A stretch of 64,000 bases of DNA. Origin: Bilabrum cf. latius. Taxonomy: Eukaryota. Numbering within the stretch: position 1 is the first letter of the stretch; each line of letters opens with the position of its first letter. Below are positions 40,197-53,600 of this stretch, one piece after another. The position numbers and the translations under genes were made by a program. The DNA is taken from NCBI GenBank assembly GCA_965178125.1, contig OZ237737.1, positions 868,001 through 932,000 of the forward strand, read 5' to 3'. A model generated the notes under the pieces. The model had not been told where the DNA came from, ran no database searches, and saw only the letters and a list, made by a program, of their open reading frames with translations.

Positions 40197-43100
40197 TCAA
40201 CCAAGGTCTTGCTCTTGCTCAGCTTCTGCATCCTAGATAAGACGAGCTACAGAGTCCATGGCCGCGTCGCCTACCTCACCGTAGGAATTCTGCCCACCAA
40301 CCACGTCATCATGGCTCCTATCTACCTCTTCTCCCAGAGAACCAGGTTCTGTGGGTGCTGCAGAAGCCCAGCTTTCGGCCGCTGCATGGCGCAGCGCAGC
40401 CAACGCTTCCACTGCCTCCTGACTTGGCCTTGTGCCCCGACGGCCTGCGGGTGATGATGCTAACGGGACCGGGGCCATGGACCCAGGCTGTGACAAACCT
40501 GATCCGCCACTCGTATGCCCCTACCTAGTTGGATCCCCAAGAATACCATTAGATCTTTGGCGCTAATGCATAACCTCATCTACTTCCCATGCACCCCCTA
40601 CGTCTGCCATGGTGATCTTTGTATCGCCAGAATTGCCTTGTCGATCAGACCGGCCGTACACACCTGATCCACCGTCCATTTCACTGCTGCTGTGCTCCAA
40701 AATCAGCGGGCTATCAGCACCAGAGGACTGAATCTGGTCATGTACTCCCAACGAGGACGATCCACGGGACGACTTTGTTGCTACAGCAGGTGATGGTCCC
40801 CGTTGCTGAGCAGCCATTCGAGGCACAATACCCTCGGCAACCCAAGCTGTCTGGCCAAACTTCACCGGTGGTATCGCATTTCGAGCGCTAGATTGCCCTG
40901 TAGTGGCACCAACAGCTTCACCAAATCGTTCTATAGGACTTCTACTTTTCTTGACGCCATGGCTCTCCACTAACTCCATGTCAGAGGCAGCATCATCGTG
41001 CTGGCCACCAGCTGCATCGGCACTAGAGGAGCCAGCCGGCAGCCTCGGAGGAGAGTCCAGGCAATCTCCGTCGTCTGAAGAGCTTGTGGAGCCAATAGAT
41101 GTTCGGCCTTTCTCCAAAGGCTTCGTTGTCGATGAACCCACGACATGACCATTTGGCCCAGGCGTAGTGGTGTCGATCATGAAGCCAGGGTCAGAGCTAC
41201 GCCTTGCATTTGAGTACGTTCCAGTCGGTAAGGGATGCAGCTTCATGCGGCAAAGAGCATTGGTCGGTGGTGCCGAGTCTTGGATGCTCAACAGTTCCGA
41301 TCTAACGTTGTTCGATACTTGTCTACGAGATTCATCAACTAGGCCGCCTGCACCGCTCTGGACGCTACCGCACATGGAGCCCTGCAAAGTTCCGGTGGCT
41401 TGATGGACCCGGTGACGACTGGCGCTCCGCCCATCAACCGACAACAGTTCTCCCATAGGCCGCTTTGAGAGCGAGTCGGCCACGACAAAAGAGTCATTCC
41501 GAACAAAAGGCATTTGAAAACCCTGGCTGTCGGCCTTCTAGGATACGTCACTGTGCCGGCCAACAACACTTGGTGCCTGGTCAGAATAGGAGCACATTCC
41601 ACTGCTCGCCCCGCCGATCACTTGCGCAAAGGTCTCATGGGCTGCCTGCTCCTCGCTACTTAGACGGCAGCGGCGAGCTCGTGACTCAAAGCCGTCGCTG
41701 GCATCTCCTTCATGATCGCTGGATCGAGTGACCGGGGTCTCTTGAATGTTGGACTCTATTTTCTTTAGACCACCAGCACGACTACCAAACCGGCTGAAGC
41801 TTGGTCGCTTGAGTCCATCCTGAGGCAACAGCGCTCCAGAGTCTCCGCAAGACTCTTCAAATGGCGTGCTGCTAGCCGAGGACCGCCCACCATCGTGCCT
41901 GTCAGTAAGATCATCGCGTTCGGTGTTTCTCAGCCAGGAATTGCCGGCAATAGCAATGGCTTGTCGTCGCACATCAGCAGCCGAGTCATGTACATGAGTG
42001 GGACTAGCATCTTCGGAGCCGGCGCACACCAAAAGAAAGGCTGGTTGAGACCGCCGACGGGTGCGGGGAGACTGACTTGCCGACCTGCCAAGCCCAGGCT
42101 TCGAGCCTCCTTTCCTTGCAATGGTGAGGCCAACAGTTCCAGTGTGTTGCAATGCTTGATCTGTAGTATTCCTTGAGACTTGCAACCCCCGCTGCAGCAG
42201 GCTCGTTGAGGATCCCAGCTGTCCTAGCATAGCTCTTCGCTGCAAAGCTGTCATGCGCGTGTCAATGCCCGCCTCACGTAGCTGCCTGCGGCTCGATCGG
42301 CGTTCCAACTGAGCAAGCGGTGCATCGATGGCGCCATCTACCGGCGCAACGAATGCTTCTTCACCTGCTACCAATCCTACTGGCCGGACAAGACTTTCTG
42401 ATTTGGGACTCAATACCCCGGCAGATCGTGCGCTGGTGAACTCGTCTGCATTCTGCCCACTAGGATAATGCCCCCCTCGCCCCTTGGGTTCGTCGTCATC
42501 CTACGTCTCGGTAGAGTGACGAGTGCTCACCATGGACATGCGACCACCTGCCTCCCATAGTGCGCTAAGCCTGCTGTCTTGGTGCTGCGTTCCCGACCCT
42601 CCGCGAACAAAGCCATGCGGCTGCCGTTTAAATCGCCCGTGCATCAGCTTGCTTTCACCTCTACTGTGCCCGACGACAGAAGGTAAATCTGTGTCTCCAG
42701 AGCCCACCCTGCTAGAGTGTTGCAGTGGCAGTAGACCCTTCGTTTCTCTGCGCTTCTCCGCGGTCAATCTGCGCGCTGCTTCGCGATCGCCATCACCCTC
42801 TCCCTCAACTTCGTCTGCGTCGGCCATTTCCTGTGCCATGCGATCTTCCTCATCCAGCTCAGCCTAAACAGCTGCAGATTGCCTTGCACTTAAGTACCAC
42901 AGACCGCCAAATACAGACCCCACACACAATGCAGTGGCACCGACAAAGATTACAATACCAATGATAAGCTCCCGCATCGTGAAATTAATTCTCTCACCGA
43001 GTTGAGACGGGTCTTGATGCCTTGTCTGATTCCCTACTGAGCCTGGGTCCGGGTCAATCGAGTCAATCAGGCGAACAGCTGCCACAATGCCAATCAGGAC

Positions 43101-46100
43101 CGCATCTGAGCCTGCACCTCGCGATTCAGAAGCCAAATATATCTGCATCACTAGCAAATAGCAATCCGGAGAATGTCTGATCAACAACAGATGCCGTAAG
43201 ATTGGCAACAAGGTCGTTCGCTACGTTGTGTTCCGCTGTTGATTGATTCTCAGACGAATTATATCTGACCATGGTGCGGTACGCAAGGGTAAACGAGGTC
43301 TACACCCTTGCTGATAGCTCCGATGGTGTGCTGTTGCTGACAAGTTCATTGTCAGCACTGTCGTCACCAGAACGGTCGTCATCGGTTGGCATAATGGTAT
43401 CATCCGTTTGCAGAGCACGCCAAGAGGTTGGGGTGTCTCCACCGTCAGGTGTTGTGCCGTTATCGAACCTGGAGCCGTGCACCCAGGAGTCTCCAGCATC
43501 GTCCAAGAGAGATGGTTCTGACAGTGTATCGGTACCTTCAATATCGACACCATGGTCACCAGAATGCAGCACTACAGTGTCACTACCGTCCAATTGGTGG
43601 CCGTACGTCCATGCTAACGCCCACATGCCCCCGTCCCCGCCATAACCACCAAAGCCTACAGTGCCATCCTGCAAACCCCACATAACTTGGCCACCTAGTG
43701 ATTGAATGATGCCACCGCCCACCAAGTGTGCTAGCCTCTGGCGCATGCTTCGGAAGTCGCTCCCGTCCTAAGGCCCACTCAGGGAGGCTGGCGCGTCTCC
43801 ATAAACTGACAATCCAATGGTACCATTGAGATCAACCTGTAGCCAGTTCATGCCCTCAACCTACAGTGGGGCCAGTGGTAATGTCTCCCGCATGGCAGGG
43901 GGAGAAGAAGGAAGGCGGCTGGGAAAGTTGCTCGGAGATGGACTCGGGCTTGGTGATGGCGAGCTGCTGCCCGTGCTTGAGGCAGTTGGTGTCGAGGAGG
44001 GTGTCCCTAACGGAGTTGGCGCTGCAGTTGCCCAAGCAGTCCCGTTCATTCTGAGCCGTATCAACCTGCCGCCAATAGATGCGCCTCGTGCTGCTCCAAG
44101 CAGAAGCTCATTGGGGTTTACAGCTGCAGCGAGTGACCCCAGGGATCCTACAGTAGCGTCTGCATCAGCTCCAGCAGCAACAGAAACGCTCATTACTGTG
44201 CTGTACTCCGTTGCACCAAGGACAAAAGCGGCCTACGACACTGCCAGTGCTTGCAACCCCGCCAACTGGCCTCCCAACACTTCAAGCACATAAACAGTAG
44301 ACGATGCCGGTCTGAGCGTGCCCGACACGGTGCCACGTCTTTCGATTGCAACGTCTGCCATAGAGTCGTTCGTTGCCCCCTCCACCGGCGCATCCACCCG
44401 ATCTACTCGCGAAGCTCCGAGCACGGCAATTGTAGCGTGAACGCCAGTGGATCCATGCGATGCGCTCGGAGATAGCACTGCAACAGACGAACCGAACCTT
44501 CCCCCCGGAGGCAGTAACGAGTTCAGCTCCTGCCCAAGACTTGAATTCGCTGAGAATCCAAGAACTTCACTGCTGACAGCAGTTCCATCAGCAGCATTCA
44601 AATGGAGGAGAGCCACCGATCCGAGCGCCCCTTCGAGCGTCCAAGTCCCGCTGCTGTTCTGCGATGAGGCAGTTCCATCGCCGGGCTAACCAACGACCAG
44701 CCAGATGGCGCACGGGTCGCCTCCCTCCACAGGAAGATACGAGCTCCAGGCAAGGTGGTCTCCATGCCGGAGGGCTGCGGCTGCTTCATTGGATGCAACA
44801 CAGCTAGACGGACCCATACGACCGATGCTTGCCCCAAATCCAACCCCAGAAGCCATACTAGCTGGAGGATCAACACGAAGAAACTGAGCCACCGTCATGT
44901 TTCTCGACAGCATTGCGATCCCAAGCCATCCAGCGCTGGGCCCAGGAGCACCAACTACAACATCTGGGATTCCGTCTCCATTAAGATCGATTTCAGGCCC
45001 GCCGAGGACAGCTGCCCCGAAGTCAGAGGCTACTGATAGAGCAACTGCTAGCCCCCCACTGCGGGAGCCTACCGTGACAACCTTCCGGATGCTATTGGAA
45101 TGCATGCTCCCAAGTCTGACCAGGAAAACAGCACCTTCTGATGCCATGGCACCAGGAGCACCAATTACTGCATCTGCATGCCCGTCCCCGTCAATGTCCC
45201 CAGCGAACGAAACGCTAGCTCCGAAGCGAAGTGGACTCACAGCCACCTGATTGGCAACAGCCTCTCCCATCCCAGCAGCATTCTCATCGAGCACCGACCG
45301 TGCAGAGAAGGATACATTGCCATCCGAGCCAGACTTGGCCTCCAGTACAGCCACAACTCCAATTTCACTAGCATCGGGAAGTCCTATCAGCATGTCCGCC
45401 AATCGATCTCCGGGCAGCAGGCCTGGCCCCGACAGAATTGTCGTGGCATTCGTACCAGTAAGATATCTGAGCAGTGCAGAGCCACTAGAAAACTCAACTT
45501 CAACAGGCTGAACTCCTTCTAGCCGAACGCTTGCCACCCCCGGCGATGGCGATGGCGATGGCGATGGCGACATCGACGGCGAAGGCTTTACGGTGTTAGA
45601 AGCAGTCGAAGATGGCGTGGCAGAATTTGTTGACGTGGGAGTTGGTGTTGCAGTTGAGGTCGAAGTGGCGCTTGCTGTGGATGACGGAGACACCGAAGGC
45701 GAACGGCTCCCCGTAGCCGATGCTGTGGGGGACGGCGTAATCGAAGATGTAGTCGACGGAGTTGGTGTAGGAGTCGGGGACGCGCTCGGTATTGCGCCTC
45801 CGAGGTGCAGGAGCATCACAGCGCCTCCTCCATCTGCATTGATTATTCCTACAGCCAGATCAAGCCTACCATCCCCACCAACGTCAGGCAAGCTAGCAAG
45901 CGCGGAACCAAACCGATCGCCAGTGCTGAGAGTGCTTGCCAAGAAAGCGTGCTGGGACAAGACTGTCATGTGAGACTGCACCGAAACCTCTCCATCATTT
46001 CGATCCAGCAAGAGCAGATAGACCTCCCCACGAGCCGAAGCACTCAATACATCTCCCACAGCAAGATCTGTCCAGCCATTACCATCAATATCACCAACAG

Positions 46101-49100
46101 CAGCAACAGAATAGCCAAACTCGTCGGAGTCGGAGAACATGTTGGAAGCGAAGCTATTCAGTCCATCGTCCGTTATCAGAGTGGCTGAGCCAGGATTGAC
46201 GCTGCCGTTCCGAGTGAGACTAGCAACAATGATTCTATCGCCATTGTTCATGCCTATAACTAAGTCTACCGGAAACTCGCTGCCAACTGGTGGGGGTAGC
46301 ACGGCAAGATCAAGACCCAAGTTATGGAGGAAGGAGCCATCAAGACCGTACAGTCCGCACCCTACCGCCTATTCAAGTACAGAGTACGATCGTACCGTAT
46401 CATTCCCATTCATGAAAAGCACAAAAATTCCGCCTCCAAATAGAACAAGCCTGTGTAGCTGAGGAGCAGAGGCAATGATGTCATTGATACCATCTGAGTC
46501 AATGTCTCCGGCATCACCAACGACAGCCGTGCCAAACCAGCCATTCTTCTGCCACAAATCACTCGATAGCAGCGGAATGCTTCCATCAATGGATACCTAG
46601 TGCGAAATAGAGCCATTTTTTTGCAAACGAAGTACCCAAATCCGGCCACCTGAACTGAGACGGGGTTCCCCAACGATCAGCCTCGGCAAGGTAGGATCAT
46701 CTCCGAGTGGCTGGGAGGCCATGAAGCCCAAAGAATCTCCGAACTGCGCACCAGTTTGACCTTCATAATTAAATTGTGAGGAATCTGATTGTTTCAGCTG
46801 AACGATCTGCCTGACGGTGCCTTCAGGTCGCAAAAACACCACCGCGACGTCTCCTTCACGTGTGGCCGTGGCGGTATGGAGCCCCATTCCTATTGCAACA
46901 TCGTTCACCCCGTCTCCATCCAAATCTCCGATAGTCGTGATTGATACACCAAAATCAGAATTGGATCCAAGGACGTCGTTGGGAAATCCCCCGGTTCCAT
47001 TCGAGATTATCTAGAACTGTGTGACGTTACCAGCACCAAGCGGCGATGGAGTCACGCTTGGGGTGGTTGTGCTTGCAGTAGTCGATGGTGTAGCAGACAG
47101 GGAGGGCGTAGGACTTGGGCTTAAGGACGGCGGCAGCATCGACCCTCCCATGAATAGGACCAAGACCGACCCAGTTTGCTAGCCACCAGCAGAATTTGCG
47201 TTCGGACCTCCAACTACTAGATCATTACGCCCATCTAAGTCGAAATCTGCCGATGTCACGAAGCCAAACTCATCATTGTCGCCAAGCAACCCCCCCATGA
47301 CAAGGTGCTTGGAATCCAGCACGACGTGATCCAGCACCCAAGTGTCTGTTGCATTCGCCTACAGGAACAAGATGAAGATTGCGCCGGCCCAAGTCTGCTG
47401 CACACTGTCTCTTCGCGCACCAACTGCTAGATCTTCGTGACCATCACCGTTGGAATCACCAATACTCGACATGGACCTGCCAAAGCCGTCAGCGTAGACA
47501 CCGCGCGCCCCTGCTAGGACGTCACCAAAGCCAAGCATGGAGGTTGAGCCAGCAATCCGACCGTCTTGACCTATGTGCTATACTAGGATAGACTTGTTGC
47601 CCGTTGAGCCGACAGCAAGCCTTGCAGCAGACCGTACTGCTGAACTTGGAAATGCTGCGAGCCCTCCTCCCAACTTGAATCCGAATTGGAATGTCGCCCC
47701 CGATTCAGCGAACAAGCGAACGTGCTCACGCACGGTGTCGTTAGCGTTGAGGAATAGGATGAAAACCTCACCGCCATTGAACACGGGGTCGTCAACTCGG
47801 TTCGCCCCCACTGCCAAGTCATTGAGGCCATCAGAGTCAACGTCACCCAGCCCACCTTCGATGCCAATACCGAAAGCATCGCCAGCCTGCAGACCAAAGG
47901 TATCGGAGCTGCTTAGTACCTGGTGTTCGACCCTTCCGCTTGGTTCAAGCCGTAGAAGCCAGAATCGCCCCGTGTCATGGACACCGTCCTACATCCAAGG
48001 TGCACCTACAGCTAATCTCAACTTCTACGGCTCGACTCCATTCGGCTGCTTCAGCGACGACAGGCCAATTCCGAAGCCAGAATAGCTCTCATTTGGAGCT
48101 GTCCATCCACCCTAGGTTCCGCTAATCTTCTGGAATGCCTTCACGGTTCCATTGCGTCGCATAAACAGGATCCACACGGCTCCTTGCTACGTTGCACCAT
48201 CGCTGTCCTCATTCGCACCCACGGCCAGGTCCGGTACGCCATCATTATCCAGGTCTCCAAGTGACTCTACGTCCCAACCAAACTTTGTGTTGGGCAGAAG
48301 CGTTGGATATGCAGCCCCAGAGTTGTTAGCACCCAATTGCACAGCCCGTGCTACGCCACCGGCGGACGCGGGGCTGGGGCTGGAGCTTGGGCTTGGGCTG
48401 GAGCTTGGGCTGGGGCTAGGATAAAGCGCTTCCTGATTGACATGAATCGACATCATTACAAGGCTTCCTGCGTGAATAGCACCGCTAGGATCAGATAGAG
48501 GCATTCCTACTGCCACAAGTGCCTCGTCACCGGGAGCAGCCAGCTAGGATAATCGACGCAAAACAGTAATGGAGGCACCCAGCCGAACCTAGCCGCTGGC
48601 CACAGCACCAAGCGTGGCATTGTTAGTTGCCGCATCCAGTCGCACAGACCGGTACACGGTGCCATTTTCCGGGTGGAGGGTCAGGGTGTACACCGCCCCT
48701 GCCCGTACGCCGTCGACGATTGCCGCGTCGCTGCCAACGAGCACCTCGGGGCGGCCATCGCCGTCAATGTCGCCTAGGAAGCCAGCTGCGCTGCCAAACG
48801 ACTCATTCTGGCTGGATCCCTGGCTTTGCATGCCTCCCTGGCCTGATCCGACCATAAGGCTAGACACGACTCGAATGCCACCATGCAGTGCGCCCTGCGT
48901 GCCGTTGTGAGCTAGCCGAACCAGCACGAGGGCTCCCTGGCCGGGTTTGTGAATTGCCGTGGCCGGAGCCCCTACCAGCAACTCTGAAACGCATTCGGCT
49001 CCGAATTCGTGGCCGATACACGGCGACACCGCATTCATGCTGGCGCCGAAACGGAGGGGAGTGCCACCGAACCCAACTATCGGTAGACCGCCAGTGGAGA

Positions 49101-50101
49101 ACTGTCCTAACCAGCGGCTGCTCTTGATTGTCCGATTGGGGTGGAGGAGGCACACGAGTACTGCTCCAGTGCTGCTGCTTTCGGTATTGGCCCTGCCAGG
49201 AGCCCCCACGGCCAGGCCCTCCTCGCCGTCCGCGTCGAGATCATGGAGGGATGCCACTGAGGACCCGAATGCGTCCCCGTCCTGCAAATCAATGCCGACC
49301 AAACCGCCCTGATTGCTTGCCCATACATTGAAAGAGATCACCCTGATCGCAGCGGAAGCGTTAACCTGAAGCCAGAAGAGAGCGCCAGAGCGTGTTCCAG
49401 GCGCCGCATAGTACCCTGGAGCGCCAACTAGGAGGTACGGGCGTCCTCGGTTTAAGCCCATCATCGCAAGGCTTGCGCCAAACATGCTTTCTGTTCCAGG
49501 ATCACCTTCAAACCCATGGCTGTTCTGTTCAATCACCGAGAGTTCCTTAACTGTGCCGTTGCTGTGCAGCATGAGCACTGCAACTGCACCTGAGGACTAG
49601 TTTCGATGTGCTGCTCCGATAGCTATATCTTGCACTCCATCCATGTTAACATCACCCAATGAAGCTGAGGCAGAGCCGAACAGATCTCCTGAATTGAACA
49701 GTCCCAGTGGAATACCACCTTCACCATTCCCGATCTGCAAAGCTGCACTTACCTCTCCTACGGCAACCTGTGAAAGAACGAAGCATCCAACGAAAAATAT
49801 ACAAATTTGGCAGTTTCAAGCATTCGCTGGTTTGTGTCCAGGCCGACGGAATCGGCGATCGTGAATACTTCGGGAGAGCAGGTATGGCGACTAGTAGTCG
49901 GAATCGAGCTCCACCGAACTCTCGCAAACACCAACAAGAAATAGTAGAACCGTAGTGCAGCCCTGCCGACAGCGCATGCAAAGTATCTTCAACCCTAAGG
50001 TAGTAACTTCCGCAGTTGAGCACCCTCACTGCATTCGTCATACGGCATGCTTTCAGCAGAACTACGGCGGCTATCAAGATAAAAGCTCCACTGATATTCA
50101 T
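40197..50101 (-). CDS. FG-GAP (integrin-alpha-like beta-propeller) repeat type I membrane protein with Ser/Pro/Thr linkers and long disordered tail (~3200 aa); frame break near 43126-43210
   Basis: Exon 1 50101-50030 encodes a signal peptide (MNISGAFILIAAVVLLKAC), followed by intron 50029-49768 (GTGAGG..TTCACAG). Many FGxS..GDxDxDG..DLAVGAP repeats. TM segment LIIGIVIFVGATALCVGSVFGGLWYL. About 24 in-frame TAG; ends TGA 40199-40197. One change of frame is needed before the TM segment. Confidence 0.8.
45541..45790 (-). repeat. Low-complexity Ser/Pro/Thr coding linker including (GATGGC)4 microsatellite
   Basis: Encodes PSASPTPTPTPSTTSS...SPSPSPSPSPG. Similar linkers at about 43900-44010, 47041-47135 and 48371-48420. 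Confidence 0.85.
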
Positions 50102-50652
50102 ATTGATCGTCGAAGGCAGATCGCTAGACCGCATGACTGCGCAAGTCGAATGGTTGCCGATGCCAGTGCTTTTAATCTTCTTCTTCAAGTTCAACAACTT
50201 GAAGCGGTCGCAACAACTGCAAATCGATCGAGAGGATAAGACAGATACACGATGAGTCTTCAAATATTGTAAAACTGAGAGCATCAACTGTTTGTTCCGT
50301 TCAAGCACCAGCAATAAGCCGATACAGTGGAGGGGCCTTGCGCCAGCAAGCTGCAATCCGTAGGAAACCTAGGCTGCAACTGCTGCGATCCGCCACCAGC
50401 ACTCCCGGAAGAGGCAAACAAATAAGTGCACAAATAGCAATGAAAACGAAAATGAAGTAGGGGTCGACTTCGGCTCCCATTCGAGGGCTACAAGCTCCGA
50501 TTGCTTGGCGCTAGCCACACTAGGGCCGTCTCCGGATCTACTGATCAACAGAGGCAGCCAGTTGGCCATTTAACGCACCAATCCAACCATCTTCAAGCGC
50601 CCAGCGAATATACCTACTCATCGACCCAGGAAGAGAGTACCAGTGATGACAA

Positions 50653-53600
50653 TCACTGGCCCCCCTTCTTGGCAGCCATGGGGTTCACCATGCCGCCGTC
50701 AGCAGTGGCCCCGCTGGTGGAGGTGGTCTGCATCTGGCCAAAGGCCTTGCGTCCCTCCCCACCGCGAGCACCGCCACCGACGCGCCTGCCTCCGGCGCGG
50801 CCGCGGCGAGCACCTGCCGCGGCTGTCTCCAAGCTCGATCCGCGCCGTCCCTGCACGCCCGCGCGGCGCATCTGACGGGCCAGCTCCTCGATGTGCTTGG
50901 ACAGGTTCACGTAGTTGCTGCGGATCTGCTCCCACGATGCGCCGCTCGGCGGGTTGCGCATCTGCAGCACCACCTGGGCGCGCTCCCGGATCTCCTGGGC
51001 CTCCGCCTCGGTCACACCGCGCCCATCCGCATCCGGGATCTCCTCGATCACGGGCCCGTCCTCCGCGTCCTCCTTCTTGGCGGCGGCGTCCTTCTCGGCG
51101 TTCTCGGCCAGGCGCTTGAAGATCGGGTTGGCGGACATGTCGGCGTCCGCGGGCTCGCCCTCCTGCGCCTCGAGTGCATCGGCCACCAGCTTGCGCTTGG
51201 AGGAGCCCTTCTTGGAGTTCTTCATGTTGCGCTGCTTCACCAGCAGAGCCTGCGCGTTCTCGTCGGCGCAGCCGCAGCACACCATGATCTGCTCGGGCAG
51301 CGTCTAAAGCTCGTCCGGCCGCATCTTGCCGCGGCGCACCATCTCCTCCTGGTACATGTACGAGATCTCCGTCACCAGCACGAAGATGAAGTAGAAGATG
51401 GAAGTGAAGATCAGCGTCAGCACCAGGCCAAGCAGAGTGTCCACCTGAGGCTGGAAGAAGTCGCAGTTGTTCTCGATCTCGCACTGAGTCTGGATCGCGT
51501 TGAAGCAGATGCCGGACAGGTTGATCAACAGAGCAGAGAACAGCAGGCCCGACTCCAGCGTGTTCCACGAGAACATGCCCACGGCCACGGAGCCCATGGC
51601 CTGGGCCACGGGGTTCGAGTATCGTACGGACTGGTTCGGGCGCGACCAGTCGGTCTTCTGCCCGGTCTTCTGCAGGCGCTTCTCCACATCCTTCACGTTC
51701 TTCTGCAGCTTGGCCCAGATGCTGTGCTCGTCCTCCAGGGCCAGGATCATGGTACGGCGCAGAGTCTCCTCGCGGTCGGCGGGGGCCATGTACGGCTGGT
51801 GGTACACCTGCAGGGCGTACGCGCACAGCAGCACAAGCAGACTCACGGACAGCTGCAGCGACGAGTTGTTCGCCCACACCAGCGACGTGATGGCGATCAG
51901 TGCCTTGCGGGCCAGGATCACCACGATCCAAGAGTTGAAGCCCATCGTGCCGGCGGCGTACTCGGGACGGAACGCGAAGTACGACCGCTCGATCGACCTG
52001 CGAAGATCGTACGCGCGGGGGTTGCTGATGCGGTCGTACCCCAGGCCCTTGGCGCGCAGCAGCTGGTCCTCCATGATGCGCTCCCGGTTGCTCCACAGCA
52101 CGTAGCCCAGGATGGCGGGGAAGCCGAACGTGTAGAACAGCATGAACACAATGGCGATAGGGAACACACGCATGTGCAGCCCCCCGGGCTCGTAGCATGG
52201 CTCCAGGTCACCCACCAGCATGTACGTGTTCGGATCCGAGTCGTCCACCTTGATGCAGTTCAGCGCCTCCATCAGCGTGGCAGTCACGAACAGGTACAGG
52301 AAGTAGCACACGATGATGCCGCCAGAGATCAGCTTGTTCACATGCGAGAAAGTAGAGTGCTTGTCGCTGCGGCCCAGCACCAGGTACTTGTACAGCGCGA
52401 AACTGGCGAAAGCAAGGAACAGCATGACGCCAACGGCCAGCGGGAATGCGATGGTGAAGTAGAACTTCTGCTCCCACCCGACGTTCGGGCTGATGCACTC
52501 GGGCACGGCAAGGGAGATGTTCAGGTTGAACGCAGACATGTACGTCAGCAGGTCGTCCAGCACAGGCGGGTACTTGATGCGGGCGTTGGCGAACAGAGAC
52601 ACCACCTGGAACCAGTCCACACCGATCGATAGGATGGCGATGTTGATGTTGGTCGAGTTCAGCCACAGACCCATGCCACCGGCGCAGGCAGCAGCGATGA
52701 TGAACGCCACGATCACCACCCACGGGTTGTCGGGACACTTGGCGCACACACCAGCCTTCTTGTAGTAGCCCTCGGCGCACGCGGCGCACCTGAACGAAGG
52801 AGCCTTAGACTCGTAGCCCTCGGCGCACGTGTTGTCGCCCATGCAAGCCTCGGCGGGCACGCAAGGCACGACGCACACACCACGAGCCACCTCATCGCCG
52901 CGCTGCCCGCCAGTCACAGGGCATATGGACAGCTCATCAGGGGTCTTCAGGTCGTACCAGCCACGGCGAGACACCGGGTATGTGTGCGAGTCAGTCTCAG
53001 AGTCGTAGCCGGCGCACATGGCACCCACCATCTCGCCCTGACGGGTCACAGGGCACTGCAGGCACGTCTCGCCCACACCACCGAAGTACCCAAAGTCGCA
53101 GCCCACGATCAGCTTGTTCGAGCTCTCGGCCGACAGCTCGCCCTCCAGCGAGCCAACGCGCACGCTCACAGCCTTGGGACCGGCGGTCAGCAGGTCGGTG
53201 CGAAGCGCGGGGCAGCGGATGGCATCCTCCCACGCCTCGGGCTGCCCGCGGCCTCCCTGGCCCTTCTCCACACGGGCCACCACGTCGGAGCAGTTCACGT
53301 GCATCGCCAGCGTGGCGTTCTCGGTCACCTGCAGACGCCTGCCCTCGGCTGCCTCGCCCTCAGGCGCGCCGATGTCGAACTCAAGGTCGTCTTGAGTGTA
53401 CATGCTGGTCACGTTGATGGCCAGCTCCAGGTTCCAGCCGTCCTGCACGTATCGCACGTTCTGGAACGAGTCGTTCGCAGGCCTGCGCACAGACCGCTCG
53501 TCCTCGAAGCGGCCCAGATACCGTCCAAACACCACGATGTCCTCGGGCTCAGCAGCGGCTCCGATCTGGGCAGAGTTCGTGATATACATGTAGCCAGGAT

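Noticed and set aside
5456-50101. Cluster of pseudogenes with premature stops
   Set aside because: The interruptions are essentially all TAG, with no TAA, one TGA and one frame break in about 59 kb of CDS. Motifs are intact and some TAGs are conserved between diverged paralogs.
49721-50356. 211-aa minus-strand ORF as an independent gene
   Set aside because: Only its signal-peptide-like part (50101-50030) is supported, as exon 1 of the FG-GAP gene. The rest is intron or upstream sequence.
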